Positions 56,345-64,000 of a stretch of 64,000 bases of DNA are shown piece by piece. Below the pieces are notes generated by a model. It was not told the DNA's origin and searched no databases. It saw only the letters and a program-made list of their open reading frames with translations. The translations under genes were made by a program, and so were the position numbers. This DNA is from Candidatus Kaiserbacteria bacterium (GTDB lineage: Bacteria > Patescibacteriota > Minisyncoccia > Phycocordibacterales > UBA2100): assembly GCA_016217925.1 (NCBI GenBank), contig JACRFK010000010.1, positions 4,784 through 68,783 of the forward strand. The letters run 5' to 3'. Positions within the stretch are counted from its first letter, which is position 1; each line of letters opens with the position of its first letter.

Positions 56345-58579
56345 ATGATACTCGAAAAAACAATCCGTTTTATCGTTCTCAGCGCGTTATTCCTCCTTCT
56401 TCTCATTCCATTCCTCGTCCCGCAATCGTTGTTCTTCCCGTTCATCACGGGTAAGAACTTCGCGTTCCGCATACTCATCGAAATAATGGCTGGCGGGTGG
56501 CTTGCGCTCGCTCTCACGTATCCAAAATACCGCCCGCGCCGTTCATGGATACTTGCCGCGTTCTCTGTATTCGTTGTCATCATCGCACTTGCCGATGCGC
56601 TCGGCGCGTACCCATTCAAAAGCTTTTGGAGCAACTATGAGCGCATGGACGGTTGGGTGACGCTCGCACACCTCTTCGTGCTGGTCGTCGTCGCATCTTC
56701 CATGTTGAACACCGAGAAACTCTGGGGCACTTTTTGGAAGTCGGCGCTCGGAGTGTCCGTCGCCGTCGCGGGATATGGTTTTCTCCAACTTTTTGGCGTG
56801 GCGAGCCTCACCGCAGGTTTTTCGTCGCTCTCTCGGCTCGACGCGACGTTCGGCAATCCCATTTACCTCGCCGCGTACATGCTCTTCCACGTGTTCATCG
56901 CGGCGCTCCTCTGGGCCCAAGCGTGGACGAAGAGCGCTCCGGGTTCTAGGCTCGGATTTTCTATCGCCTACGGAACCGTGCTTGTCATCGATTGTATCGT
57001 ACTGCTTTTGACGTCGACACGGGGGACCATTCTCGGACTCGTCGGAGGGGTTTTTATTTCGGCGGTACTCGTCGCACTTTTCGCACGCGATGCCAAAAAT
57101 AGTCTCGTTCGTCCGGCTGTCGGCGTCGTTATAGGCCTCGTTGTGCTATCGGGAGGGTTCTTCTTGGTGCGCGACGCCGCATGGGTACAGAATGTCAGTT
57201 TCTTGCAGCGGCTCGGGACCATTTCCGCATCGGATAGCACGACGAAAGCTCGTTTCTACAATTGGGGTATGGCGTGGGAAGGGGTAAAGGAACGCCCCGT
57301 CTTGGGCTGGGGGCAGGAAAATTATGCGGTCGTGTTCGACAAATACTACGACCCGAGGATGTATAACGCCGAGCAATGGTTCGATCGCGTGCACAATGTT
57401 GTCTTCGACTGGCTCGTCGCGGGCGGCATTCTCGGACTCCTCGGCTATCTCAGTATTTTCGCAGCTGCACTTGCGGCATTGTGGCACCGTTCGCGCGGTG
57501 CACAGAATCTATCCGAGTTCACGGTCGTCGAGAGCAGTATCCTCTCGGGAGTCCTCTCGGGATACTTTTTCCACAATCTCTTTGTGTTCGACAACGTCAC
57601 GAGCTACATGCTTTTCGGTCTCATCATTGCCTATATAGTATGGCGCAAGAGTGAATCGGCAGGGTCTCTGAGGCTATGGGCTCAGTCGCTACCGGTGACC
57701 AGCTTGCCCTACGTCGCGATAGCTGCCGCCTTGCTCACGTGGGGTGGAGCATATTGGATCAATGCGGCGGCGCTTGAGCAGAATCGTCTCCTTATTCAGG
57801 CTATTAGTCCGCAAGCGGAAGGGGTCGGCAAGAACCTCGAACTCATCAAGAGCGCCATCGCAGAGGGTTCTGTGGGTACGCAAGAAGCCCGCGAGCAACT
57901 TTTGCAAATGACGACGAAGATTATTTCCGCCTCTGGAATCGATCCGAGCATCAAGCAGCAATTCTACGACGTCGCTGTCGCGGAAATGAAGAAGCAGCAG
58001 GAAGCATCCCCTCTGGATGCGCGTCCCGCGCTCTTCTTGGGGCTGCTCCACAATGCCGCTGGTAATTATGTCGCGGGCGCCGAAGCACTTCTACATGCAC
58101 ACGAGCTTTCACCGGCGAAACAATCCATCTTGTATGAGATGGCGCAAAATGCGCAGATGCGCGGAGATGTCGCGGGCATGATGCGGAACCTGAAAACCGC
58201 TTACGAGTTGTACACCGATAATCCGCAGGCCCGCATTCTCTATGCCGCGGCGTTGATCCGTACAGGAAATAATGCTCTCGCCGATGAATTGCTTGCCACT
58301 ATTATCCCCACAGGCGAGGCGGCTGATCCACGTATCACCAGCGCATACCTGGAACACAAACGCTACGACAAAATAGCGCCTATCTGGAGTGCGTACGTGG
58401 CGGTGCACCCAGATAATGTGCAGGGGTACTTCACGCTCGCGGCTGCATACTACGGAATGGGAGAACGCACGAAGGCAATCGAGGTTCTCGTTGCAGCATC
58501 GAAGCTCTCTCCGGCGGTCGCGGCGCAGGCGGCGCCATTCATCGAGCAGATAAAGAACGGCACCCTCAAGCTCGAATAA
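56345..58579 (+). CDS. O-antigen ligase (WaaL/Wzy_C)-family polytopic membrane protein with C-terminal TPR repeats
   Basis: 744 aa. About 12 TM in the N-terminal ~430 aa with a large extracytoplasmic loop. The C-terminal ~300 aa is helical and TPR-like (AYELYTDNPQARILYAAALIRTGNNALA...). Confidence 0.75.
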   Translation: MILEKTIRFIVLSALFLLLLIPFLVPQSLFFPFITGKNFAFRILIEIMAGGWLALALTYPKYRPRRSWILAAFSVFVVIIALADALGAYPFKSFWSNYERMDGWVTLAHLFVLVVVASSMLNTEKLWGTFWKSALGVSVAVAGYGFLQLFGVASLTAGFSSLSRLDATFGNPIYLAAYMLFHVFIAALLWAQAWTKSAPGSRLGFSIAYGTVLVIDCIVLLLTSTRGTILGLVGGVFISAVLVALFARDAKNSLVRPAVGVVIGLVVLSGGFFLVRDAAWVQNVSFLQRLGTISASDSTTKARFYNWGMAWEGVKERPVLGWGQENYAVVFDKYYDPRMYNAEQWFDRVHNVVFDWLVAGGILGLLGYLSIFAAALAALWHRSRGAQNLSEFTVVESSILSGVLSGYFFHNLFVFDNVTSYMLFGLIIAYIVWRKSESAGSLRLWAQSLPVTSLPYVAIAAALLTWGGAYWINAAALEQNRLLIQAISPQAEGVGKNLELIKSAIAEGSVGTQEAREQLLQMTTKIISASGIDPSIKQQFYDVAVAEMKKQQEASPLDARPALFLGLLHNAAGNYVAGAEALLHAHELSPAKQSILYEMAQNAQMRGDVAGMMRNLKTAYELYTDNPQARILYAAALIRTGNNALADELLATIIPTGEAADPRITSAYLEHKRYDKIAPIWSAYVAVHPDNVQGYFTLAAAYYGMGERTKAIEVLVAASKLSPAVAAQAAPFIEQIKNGTLKLE

Positions 58580-58668
58580 GGGTTGCGGCCTCCCGAGGCG
58601 GGAGTATAATTCGTCTGTGAGTGCCACACATCCGTGTGCAGTGTGGATTCTTGATTGAAAGTCGCCTA

Positions 58669-58700
58669 AATACCTCCCTCACGGGAGGTATTGGGTTTTT
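58669..58700 (+). terminator. rho-independent terminator
   Basis: AATACCTCCC-tcac-GGGAGGTATT followed by GGGTTTTTGG. Confidence 0.7.
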
Positions 58701-59045
58701 GGCTTGCAGGCCTTGTTTCCAGTGATACGCTTATATCGGTAGGGTCATAGCCCTACTACGCTAAAGCTTCGTAGGGCGCAGCGTGGAGGGCGGCGGCACT
58801 CACATAAGACTTTCACTTTGGAGCTCGCACCCGTCCTCCGCATTGTGCCTTACATTTTTTCTGTAACAAAAAACCTTCTCACCTATTTCAAAATAATTTT
58901 CAGCGAGAGCAAAAGAAAAGTTATCCACACTCGTCGTCGAGAAAAAATATTTTCGCGCGCATGAATGCAATAATGAATCAGTAATCGCATCTTCGCGTTA
59001 CTGCGTAAGTGCGGGTCGAACTTAGCACTCAAGCACAATATTTAT

Positions 59046-59102
59046 ATGGCAAAGAAAAAGAAGGCAAAGAAGAAGGCAAAGAAGGCAAAGAAGTCCCGCT
59101 AG
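59046..59102 (+). other. micro-ORF encoding an 18-aa polylysine peptide (MAKKKKAKKKAKKAKKSR), or equivalently a 3.5x tandem repeat of AAGAAGGCA
   Basis: ATG at 59046 and TAG at 59100-59102, followed by an imperfect hairpin AAAACGGCC...GGTCGTTTT. It lies 210 bp upstream of secA, with no SD. Confidence 0.25.
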
Positions 59103-59308
59103 TGACTTTGAAAACGGCCTCCTCGAACAGGGGGTCGTTTTCATTTCGGAATGTTCATTTGAATCGCAATAAAAGGCGATTTGATGTAGGATTGTCCAAT
59201 GTCCCCAGAACACAATTCTCACGCCCAATCTTTTTTGCCGAATCTTGACTGTGGGGGCCCCCGGTCTTACGCCGCCATTTCCCGATTACGTCGAATTGTC
59301 TACGGGGT

Positions 59309-61822
59309 ATGACATTCTGGAAAAGGCTTTTCGGGGATGAGAATCTTGCCGCGCTACGTGCGGCGGAGCCTATTGTTGCAGCCACGAACGCTCTCGAGGC
59401 GGGCATGAAAGCGCTCGGAGACGAGGAGCTAAAGGCGAAGACCGCTGAGTTCAAAAAGCGTATCACGGCGGGGACAAGCCTCGATGAATTGGCGCCTGAA
59501 GCATTCGCGGCCGTACGCGAGGCGTCCCGCCGCACCCTCGGTCAGAGACATTTTGATGTACAGCTATTGGGCGGAATGATACTTCACCGGGGGGACATCG
59601 CCGAGATGCGCACCGGTGAAGGGAAGACGTTGGTTGCGACCTTGCCCGCATACCTGAACGGGCTTACGGGGAAAGGCGTCCACATTGTCACGGTCAATGA
59701 TTATCTGTCGCGCCGTGATGCTGTCTGGATGGGCGAGATCTACTACGCGCTCGGGCTTTCTGTCGGGGTCATCAATCACGAAGCCTCATTCATCTACGAT
59801 CCGACACATGTGTCGCCGGAAGCCGTCGCTGCGGAGGATGCCGAGCGGGACGCAGTAGGTGCGTTCAAGGTCATGCACGACTTCCTTCGCCCTTGTACCC
59901 GTCGTGAGGCCTACGCTGCCGACATCACGTACGGCACCAATAATGAATTCGGGTTTGATTACTTACGCGATAACTTGGAATACAATTCCGCGGTCTTGCG
60001 TCAACGAGAATACCATTTTGCTATTGTCGATGAGATTGACTCCATTCTCATTGACGAGGCCCGCACTCCTCTTATTATTTCTGCTCCTGTTTCTGACGCC
60101 GAATCACTCTACGGGCGTTTTACCCAGATCGCGGCTTCTCTCGTGCCCGAAGAGGACTACACGGTAGACCACAAACACAAGCAGATACAGCTCTCCGACT
60201 CGGGCATCGAGAAAGCTGAGAAGGCGCTCGACGTCGAGAATATCTACACCGACGCCGGTATCAAGTATGTCCACCATCTAGAGACCGCCGTACGCGCTAA
60301 AGCGCTTTTTGAGCGGGACAAAGAGTACGTGGTGAAGGATGGGCAGATCATCATCGTCGATGAATTTACGGGCCGCTTACAGCCCGGGCGAAGGTGGTCC
60401 GAGGGTTTGCACCAGGCGATCGAATCCAAAGAAGGGGTAGAAATGCAACAAGAATCGCGCACGTTCGCCTCTATAACGTTCCAAAATTACTTCCGCCTTT
60501 ACAGCAAATTGGCCGGAATGACCGGTACGGCGGCGACCTCGTCCGAGGAGTTCTACAAGGTCTACGGTCTCAATACTGTCGTCGTGCCGACCAATAAACC
60601 TGCCGCGAGAAAAGACCATGAAGACCTCATCTTCCAGACCGAATCAGGCAAGTACAAAGCTATCGCGCGTCACGTGCGCCAATTGCATGAGAAGGGACAG
60701 CCGGTCTTGGTGGGCACGGCGTCCGTCGAAAAGAACGAGATACTCTCGGCGTACTTCAAACAAGAGGGAATACCGCACGAGATATTGAATGCAAAGAACC
60801 ACGAACGGGAAGGGGAGATCATCGCGCAAGCGGGACGCAAGGGTGGCGTCGTCATCGCGACCAACATGGCGGGCCGCGGCGTTGATATCAAACTCGGAGG
60901 AAATCCCGGCTCGAACGAGACATACGAAGAAGTGAAAAAATTTGGCGGGCTTTTTGTCTTGGGTACGGAGCGGCATGAAGCGCGACGCATCGATAATCAG
61001 CTCCGCGGTAGAAGTGGGCGACAGGGCGATCCGGGGGAGACGCAATTTTTCGTCTCGCTCGAAGATTCGCTCATGCGCGTGTTCGCATCCGACGTCATCA
61101 AGAAGGTGATGGGCACGTTCAAGATACCTGAGGATGAGCCCATTTATAATTCGATGATCACGCGGGCACTTGAGAAAGCTCAGACCCGGATAGAGGAGCT
61201 GAATTTCGACGCACGCAAACATGTCCTCTCGTATGACGACGTTCTGAATATTCAGCGTCAGAGCATATACGCTCGTCGTCATATTCTTCTCACGGGTGAC
61301 AACGCTGCAGTAGACGCCGAGCTCATACGCATTGCTGAGGCCAGCGAAGGATTTGCAGAGGCGATCGAGCTGAAGAAAAAAGAATTGGGAGATGCGTTCT
61401 ACGGAGCGGTGCGGCGACCACTTTTGCAGACTACCGATTTTCTTTGGGTAGAACACTTGGAGTCAATGGAGTATCTCCGCAATTCGGTGAACCTCCGCGC
61501 GTATGGTCAACGTGACCCGCTCGTCGAGTACAAGAAAGAAGGTCTCAAGCTTTTCCAGACGATGGAAAATTCATATTTGGCTCAAGCCGCCGCGATGCTG
61601 CCAAACCTCACAACGGGGGGAATACAAATACGCAAAGAGGAGCAGGTTATCCACAAGGCGGTACGGACGATATCCGCTCCGACTGGGGTGCCCGCGAGGA
61701 CCGAATATGGGCGGAACGATAAGGTGACTATCACGAATGGCGTTGAGCGACGTGAGATGAAATTTAAGAAAGCAGAGCCTCTTCTTGCAAGCGGCGAGTG
61801 GCAAATTGCCACCGAGAAATAA
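59309..61822 (+). CDS. secA: preprotein translocase ATPase SecA
   Basis: 837 aa. MTFWKRLFGDENL... start, the DEAD-like motor (AEMRTGEGKTLVATL, TVNDYLSRRD) and the C-terminal scaffold. ATG verified. Confidence 0.95.
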   Translation: MTFWKRLFGDENLAALRAAEPIVAATNALEAGMKALGDEELKAKTAEFKKRITAGTSLDELAPEAFAAVREASRRTLGQRHFDVQLLGGMILHRGDIAEMRTGEGKTLVATLPAYLNGLTGKGVHIVTVNDYLSRRDAVWMGEIYYALGLSVGVINHEASFIYDPTHVSPEAVAAEDAERDAVGAFKVMHDFLRPCTRREAYAADITYGTNNEFGFDYLRDNLEYNSAVLRQREYHFAIVDEIDSILIDEARTPLIISAPVSDAESLYGRFTQIAASLVPEEDYTVDHKHKQIQLSDSGIEKAEKALDVENIYTDAGIKYVHHLETAVRAKALFERDKEYVVKDGQIIIVDEFTGRLQPGRRWSEGLHQAIESKEGVEMQQESRTFASITFQNYFRLYSKLAGMTGTAATSSEEFYKVYGLNTVVVPTNKPAARKDHEDLIFQTESGKYKAIARHVRQLHEKGQPVLVGTASVEKNEILSAYFKQEGIPHEILNAKNHEREGEIIAQAGRKGGVVIATNMAGRGVDIKLGGNPGSNETYEEVKKFGGLFVLGTERHEARRIDNQLRGRSGRQGDPGETQFFVSLEDSLMRVFASDVIKKVMGTFKIPEDEPIYNSMITRALEKAQTRIEELNFDARKHVLSYDDVLNIQRQSIYARRHILLTGDNAAVDAELIRIAEASEGFAEAIELKKKELGDAFYGAVRRPLLQTTDFLWVEHLESMEYLRNSVNLRAYGQRDPLVEYKKEGLKLFQTMENSYLAQAAAMLPNLTTGGIQIRKEEQVIHKAVRTISAPTGVPARTEYGRNDKVTITNGVERREMKFKKAEPLLASGEWQIATEK

Positions 61823-61897
61823 TCTCGGGAGCCGAGATAGGCCCATTTTATCTGTGTGCTCGGATTCTCGATTGTGCGAGATGGTGGTGTTTGGTTA

Positions 61898-62033
61898 GCG
61901 TATCGCTCGGGGTCCCCGCGCCGAACTTAGACCACGAGTTTGTTTCAATATTCCGTGTGGCTACCTTATGTCGTTACTCCTCGGATATTTGCTGCGCGAT
62001 GTTCTCCCAGGGACCCCGAGCGATACGCTTTTT
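61898..62033 (+). repeat. 19-bp perfect inverted repeat (GCGTATCGCTCGGGGTCCC / GGGACCCCGAGCGATACGC) enclosing 93 nt, followed by a TTTTT tract
   Basis: Arms at 61898-61916 and 62010-62028, with the T-tract at 62029-62033. Sits in the 313-bp secA-gatB spacer. Confidence 0.45.
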
Positions 62034-62135
62034 GGGTGGGGACTTAAGGTGGTAGAGTAGCCCCATATGGCGATATACCCCAGTACCACAGCGCTACGCG
62101 CTGGCTACGGGGCAAGGCGAGCCTAAAAATTGCGT

Positions 62136-63575
62136 ATGACGACAAATTACGAACCGACCATAGGATTGGAAATTCACGCTGAGTTGAAAACTAAAACGAA
62201 GATGTTCTGCTGCTCCAAGAACGACGCAGATGCGACGCAGCCGAATGTACATATCTGCCCTGTCTGCATGGCTCACCCGGGCACACTGCCGGTCATCAAC
62301 GGGGAGGCGGTGCGTTTCGTATTGCGGGTAGGGCTTGCTCTTGGCGCGGAGCTTGCAGATTACACGGAGTTCGACCGCAAGAATTACTTTTATCCCGATC
62401 TTCCCAAGGGGTATCAGCTCAGTCAGTATGAATACCCACTCGTCTCCGGTGGGGAACTGAACGGCGTTGCGATAACACGGGTCCATCTCGAAGAAGATAC
62501 GGCGAGCTCAATGCACGTGGAAGGGCTAGGGACGACCATCGATTACAATCGCGCGGGGGTGCCCCTCATGGAGCTCGTAACCGACCCTGTCATCAAAGGT
62601 TCGAAGCAGGCAGGCGACTTTGCGCGAGAGTTACAACTTTTGCTTCGCACTCTGGGCGTGAGCGACGCCAACATGGAGAAGGGGCAAATGCGCGTTGAGG
62701 CCAATATATCAATATCAAAATCAGGGGAGCGTGGAACCAAGGTAGAGATAAAAAATCTCAACTCATTTCGAGCGATGGAGCGCGCCGTTGAGTACGAGAT
62801 CAAGCGCCAAGAAGCTGTTTTGGAAAAGGGAGAGGCGGTCGTGCAGGAAACTCGGGGCTGGGATGAGGGAAAACAAGCGACGTTCCCGCAGCGTGTAAAG
62901 GAGGGGAGCGCTGATTACCGATACTTTCCCGACCCAGATCTTCCATCGTTGAAGCTGTCGGAAGTCCCCGAATTCAGCAAAGAATCTCTACGTGCAACGA
63001 TGCCGGAGCTCCCGTGGGAACGCAGGGCCCGGTATCTAGCGCTCGGTATCAAGGCTGATGATGCACAGCTGTACGTCCAGGAACCGGAACTCGGTGGGTT
63101 CTTCGAGGAGGTCATAGCGCTGGTCGGTACGGACAAAGAGCGTGCCCTTGTCGCTAGCAACTACATTGCAAACGATCTTGTAAAATTAGTCCGAGATATT
63201 GAGGAACGAGATACAGGATATCAGTCTAAAATCAATATCTCGGCATCACATTTCGTAAAGATCGTTGATATGGTTGTGAGCAAAAAGATATCTTCCCGTA
63301 CTGCGAAAGATCTGTTGGCCGAAACAGCAAAAAGCGGCCGTGATCCCGAAGAGGTCGCCAAAAGTGCGAATCTGTACCAAGTAAGCGCAGGGGGCGATTT
63401 TGAGGCTGTGGTGGCAGATGTTATTTCAAAAAATTCTGGAGTAGTAAATGATTTCAAGAATGGAAAGGCTGCGGCGCTCGAATACCTTGTCGGGCAGTGC
63501 ATGAAGGCTTTGAAGGGTGCAGGGGATCCTGAGGCCCTGAGGGAGCTTCTCAAAGAGAGGATATCCGAGAAATGA
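62136..63575 (+). CDS. gatB: Asp-tRNA(Asn)/Glu-tRNA(Gln) amidotransferase subunit B
   Basis: First ATG (aa 3; the track start is TTG). YEPTIGLEIHAELKTKTKMFC, the CPVC zinc site and the C-terminal YqeY/GatB domain are present. Confidence 0.9.
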   Translation: MTTNYEPTIGLEIHAELKTKTKMFCCSKNDADATQPNVHICPVCMAHPGTLPVINGEAVRFVLRVGLALGAELADYTEFDRKNYFYPDLPKGYQLSQYEYPLVSGGELNGVAITRVHLEEDTASSMHVEGLGTTIDYNRAGVPLMELVTDPVIKGSKQAGDFARELQLLLRTLGVSDANMEKGQMRVEANISISKSGERGTKVEIKNLNSFRAMERAVEYEIKRQEAVLEKGEAVVQETRGWDEGKQATFPQRVKEGSADYRYFPDPDLPSLKLSEVPEFSKESLRATMPELPWERRARYLALGIKADDAQLYVQEPELGGFFEEVIALVGTDKERALVASNYIANDLVKLVRDIEERDTGYQSKINISASHFVKIVDMVVSKKISSRTAKDLLAETAKSGRDPEEVAKSANLYQVSAGGDFEAVVADVISKNSGVVNDFKNGKAAALEYLVGQCMKALKGAGDPEALRELLKERISEK

Positions 63576-63852
63576 GGTTTGCGGGCTCTTTTGACCCAAA
63601 AGATAGGGTCTTTATAACCCCCGAACGTGCTCTCTTAAGTCCTCCGTCGGAACGTGTTCGTTCCGACGTGAACCTTCTATCGACCCTGGCCCGCGCGTAC
63701 TCGCGCGTGCCCGACCCGCCTCATATCGGCATTCGCCGACATTCGGCCCCTGGGGGCGCCCTCTTCGGGCGGGGTCGCCTCGCGGCGGGTTCATCCACAC
63801 GATATCCCCACTTCCACTAAGCGAGATTGGCAGTCCGAGGTACACTTATCGG

Positions 63853-64000
63853 ATGTCAGACGCGATGTGGTTGGAAGGGAAAGAGTATATATCGTCTAGA
63901 CGAGCATCAGAGTTAAGCGGCTACGCACAGGATTACATCGGACAGTTAGCTCGCAAGGGGCTCGTCGACGCTCGTCGGGTCGGCGGTTTGTGGTACATCT
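63853..64000 (+). CDS. hypothetical protein, N-terminal 49 aa only (runs off window)
   Basis: ATG at 63853. MSDAMWLEGKEYISSRRASELSGYAQDYIGQLARKGLVDARRVGGLWYI has coding-like composition and is open to the window edge. Confidence 0.4.
   Translation, partial: MSDAMWLEGKEYISSRRASELSGYAQDYIGQLARKGLVDARRVGGLWYI

Noticed and set aside
58580-59040. Possible RNase P, tmRNA or 6S RNA in the long pre-secA spacer.
   Set aside because: None of the universal motifs is present (RNase P GGAAAGUCCGG / ACAGAACCCGGCUUA, tmRNA tRNA-like ends). Only generic hairpins are seen.
59009-59248. 79-aa ORF MRVELSTQAQYLYGKEKEGKEEGKEGKE....
   Set aside because: Its Lys/Glu repeats are just another frame of the AAGAAGGCA tandem repeat. 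It spans the hairpin downstream of the micro-ORF.
63572-63820. 82-aa ORF MRFAGSFDPKDRV... after gatB.
   Set aside because: It covers a region of stacked perfect and imperfect hairpins. The composition is Pro/Arg/Ser-rich and there is no SD, so it is likely non-coding.
1-64000. CRISPR arrays, rRNA genes, transposases, integrases, reverse transcriptase/DGR.
   Set aside because: No regularly spaced direct repeats, no rRNA-like conserved stretches and no ORF with DDE, tyrosine-recombinase or RT motifs were seen. The only mobile-element hints are the tRNA-Ile 3' duplicate and the GIY-YIG ORF.

Overview
This window is a 64-kb, gene-dense bacterial chromosomal segment of about 55-60% GC with lower-GC patches. 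Intergenic spacers are short and many start and stop codons overlap (ATGA, GTGA). I infer a small-genome Patescibacteria/CPR-like organism from several features together: a large Thr/Ser-rich surface protein with prenyltransferase-like repeats, a VirD4/TrwB-like ATPase, DUF4430, CofE-like and DUF4015 proteins, and many fused glycosyltransferases. This is an inference from sequence only; no database search was possible.

The left ~25 kb is housekeeping. It holds a partial ABC-transporter substrate-binding protein, speH, tRNA-Ile(GAU), murA, a divergent purT/purN pair, tRNA-Leu(CAG), DHFR-like and CofE-like genes, a 666-aa surface protein, an aminotransferase-murI-murD run, PiT plus its DUF47 partner, murC, rsmI, a DUF4015 glycoside-hydrolase-like protein, a VirD4/TrwB-like coupling ATPase and a PKD-domain membrane protein.

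From ~25.6 kb to ~58.6 kb there is a ~33-kb glycan-biosynthesis super-locus. It contains at least 10 glycosyltransferases, several with unusual fusions:
- GT-B fused to an ArnT/PMT-like GT-C domain.
- A degenerate methyltransferase domain fused to a Dpm1-like GT2.
- GT4 fused to a truncated UDP-glucose-dehydrogenase-like domain.

The same locus has four SAM methyltransferases, two of them with TylC3-type sugar C-methyltransferase architecture. It also has two FdtA/WxcM-like cupins, two gmd copies plus fcl and a gmm-like NUDIX, three SDR epimerase/reductases, an FAD oxidoreductase and a Gfo/Idh/MocA oxidoreductase. GtrA, Wzx, a Wzy-like membrane protein, an RfaE-II-like nucleotidyltransferase fused to a PMI-type cupin, and a WaaL/O-antigen-ligase-like protein with C-terminal TPRs complete it. 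A lower-GC sub-block (~47.8-54.3 kb) carries the second set of 6-deoxyhexose genes and ends at a small GIY-YIG nuclease gene.

The window ends with secA, gatB and a partial ORF. I saw no rRNA, CRISPR, transposase, integrase or reverse transcriptase. Small-scale features worth a second look are listed in the findings. The most distinctive is an inverted-repeat element with the identical 13-mer TTCTAACGGGATG overlapping two start codons. The others are an 18-bp duplicate of the tRNA-Ile 3' end, a 19-bp perfect inverted repeat followed by a T-tract between secA and gatB, and a 730-bp structured intergenic region with a 9-bp tandem repeat that also reads as a polylysine micro-ORF.
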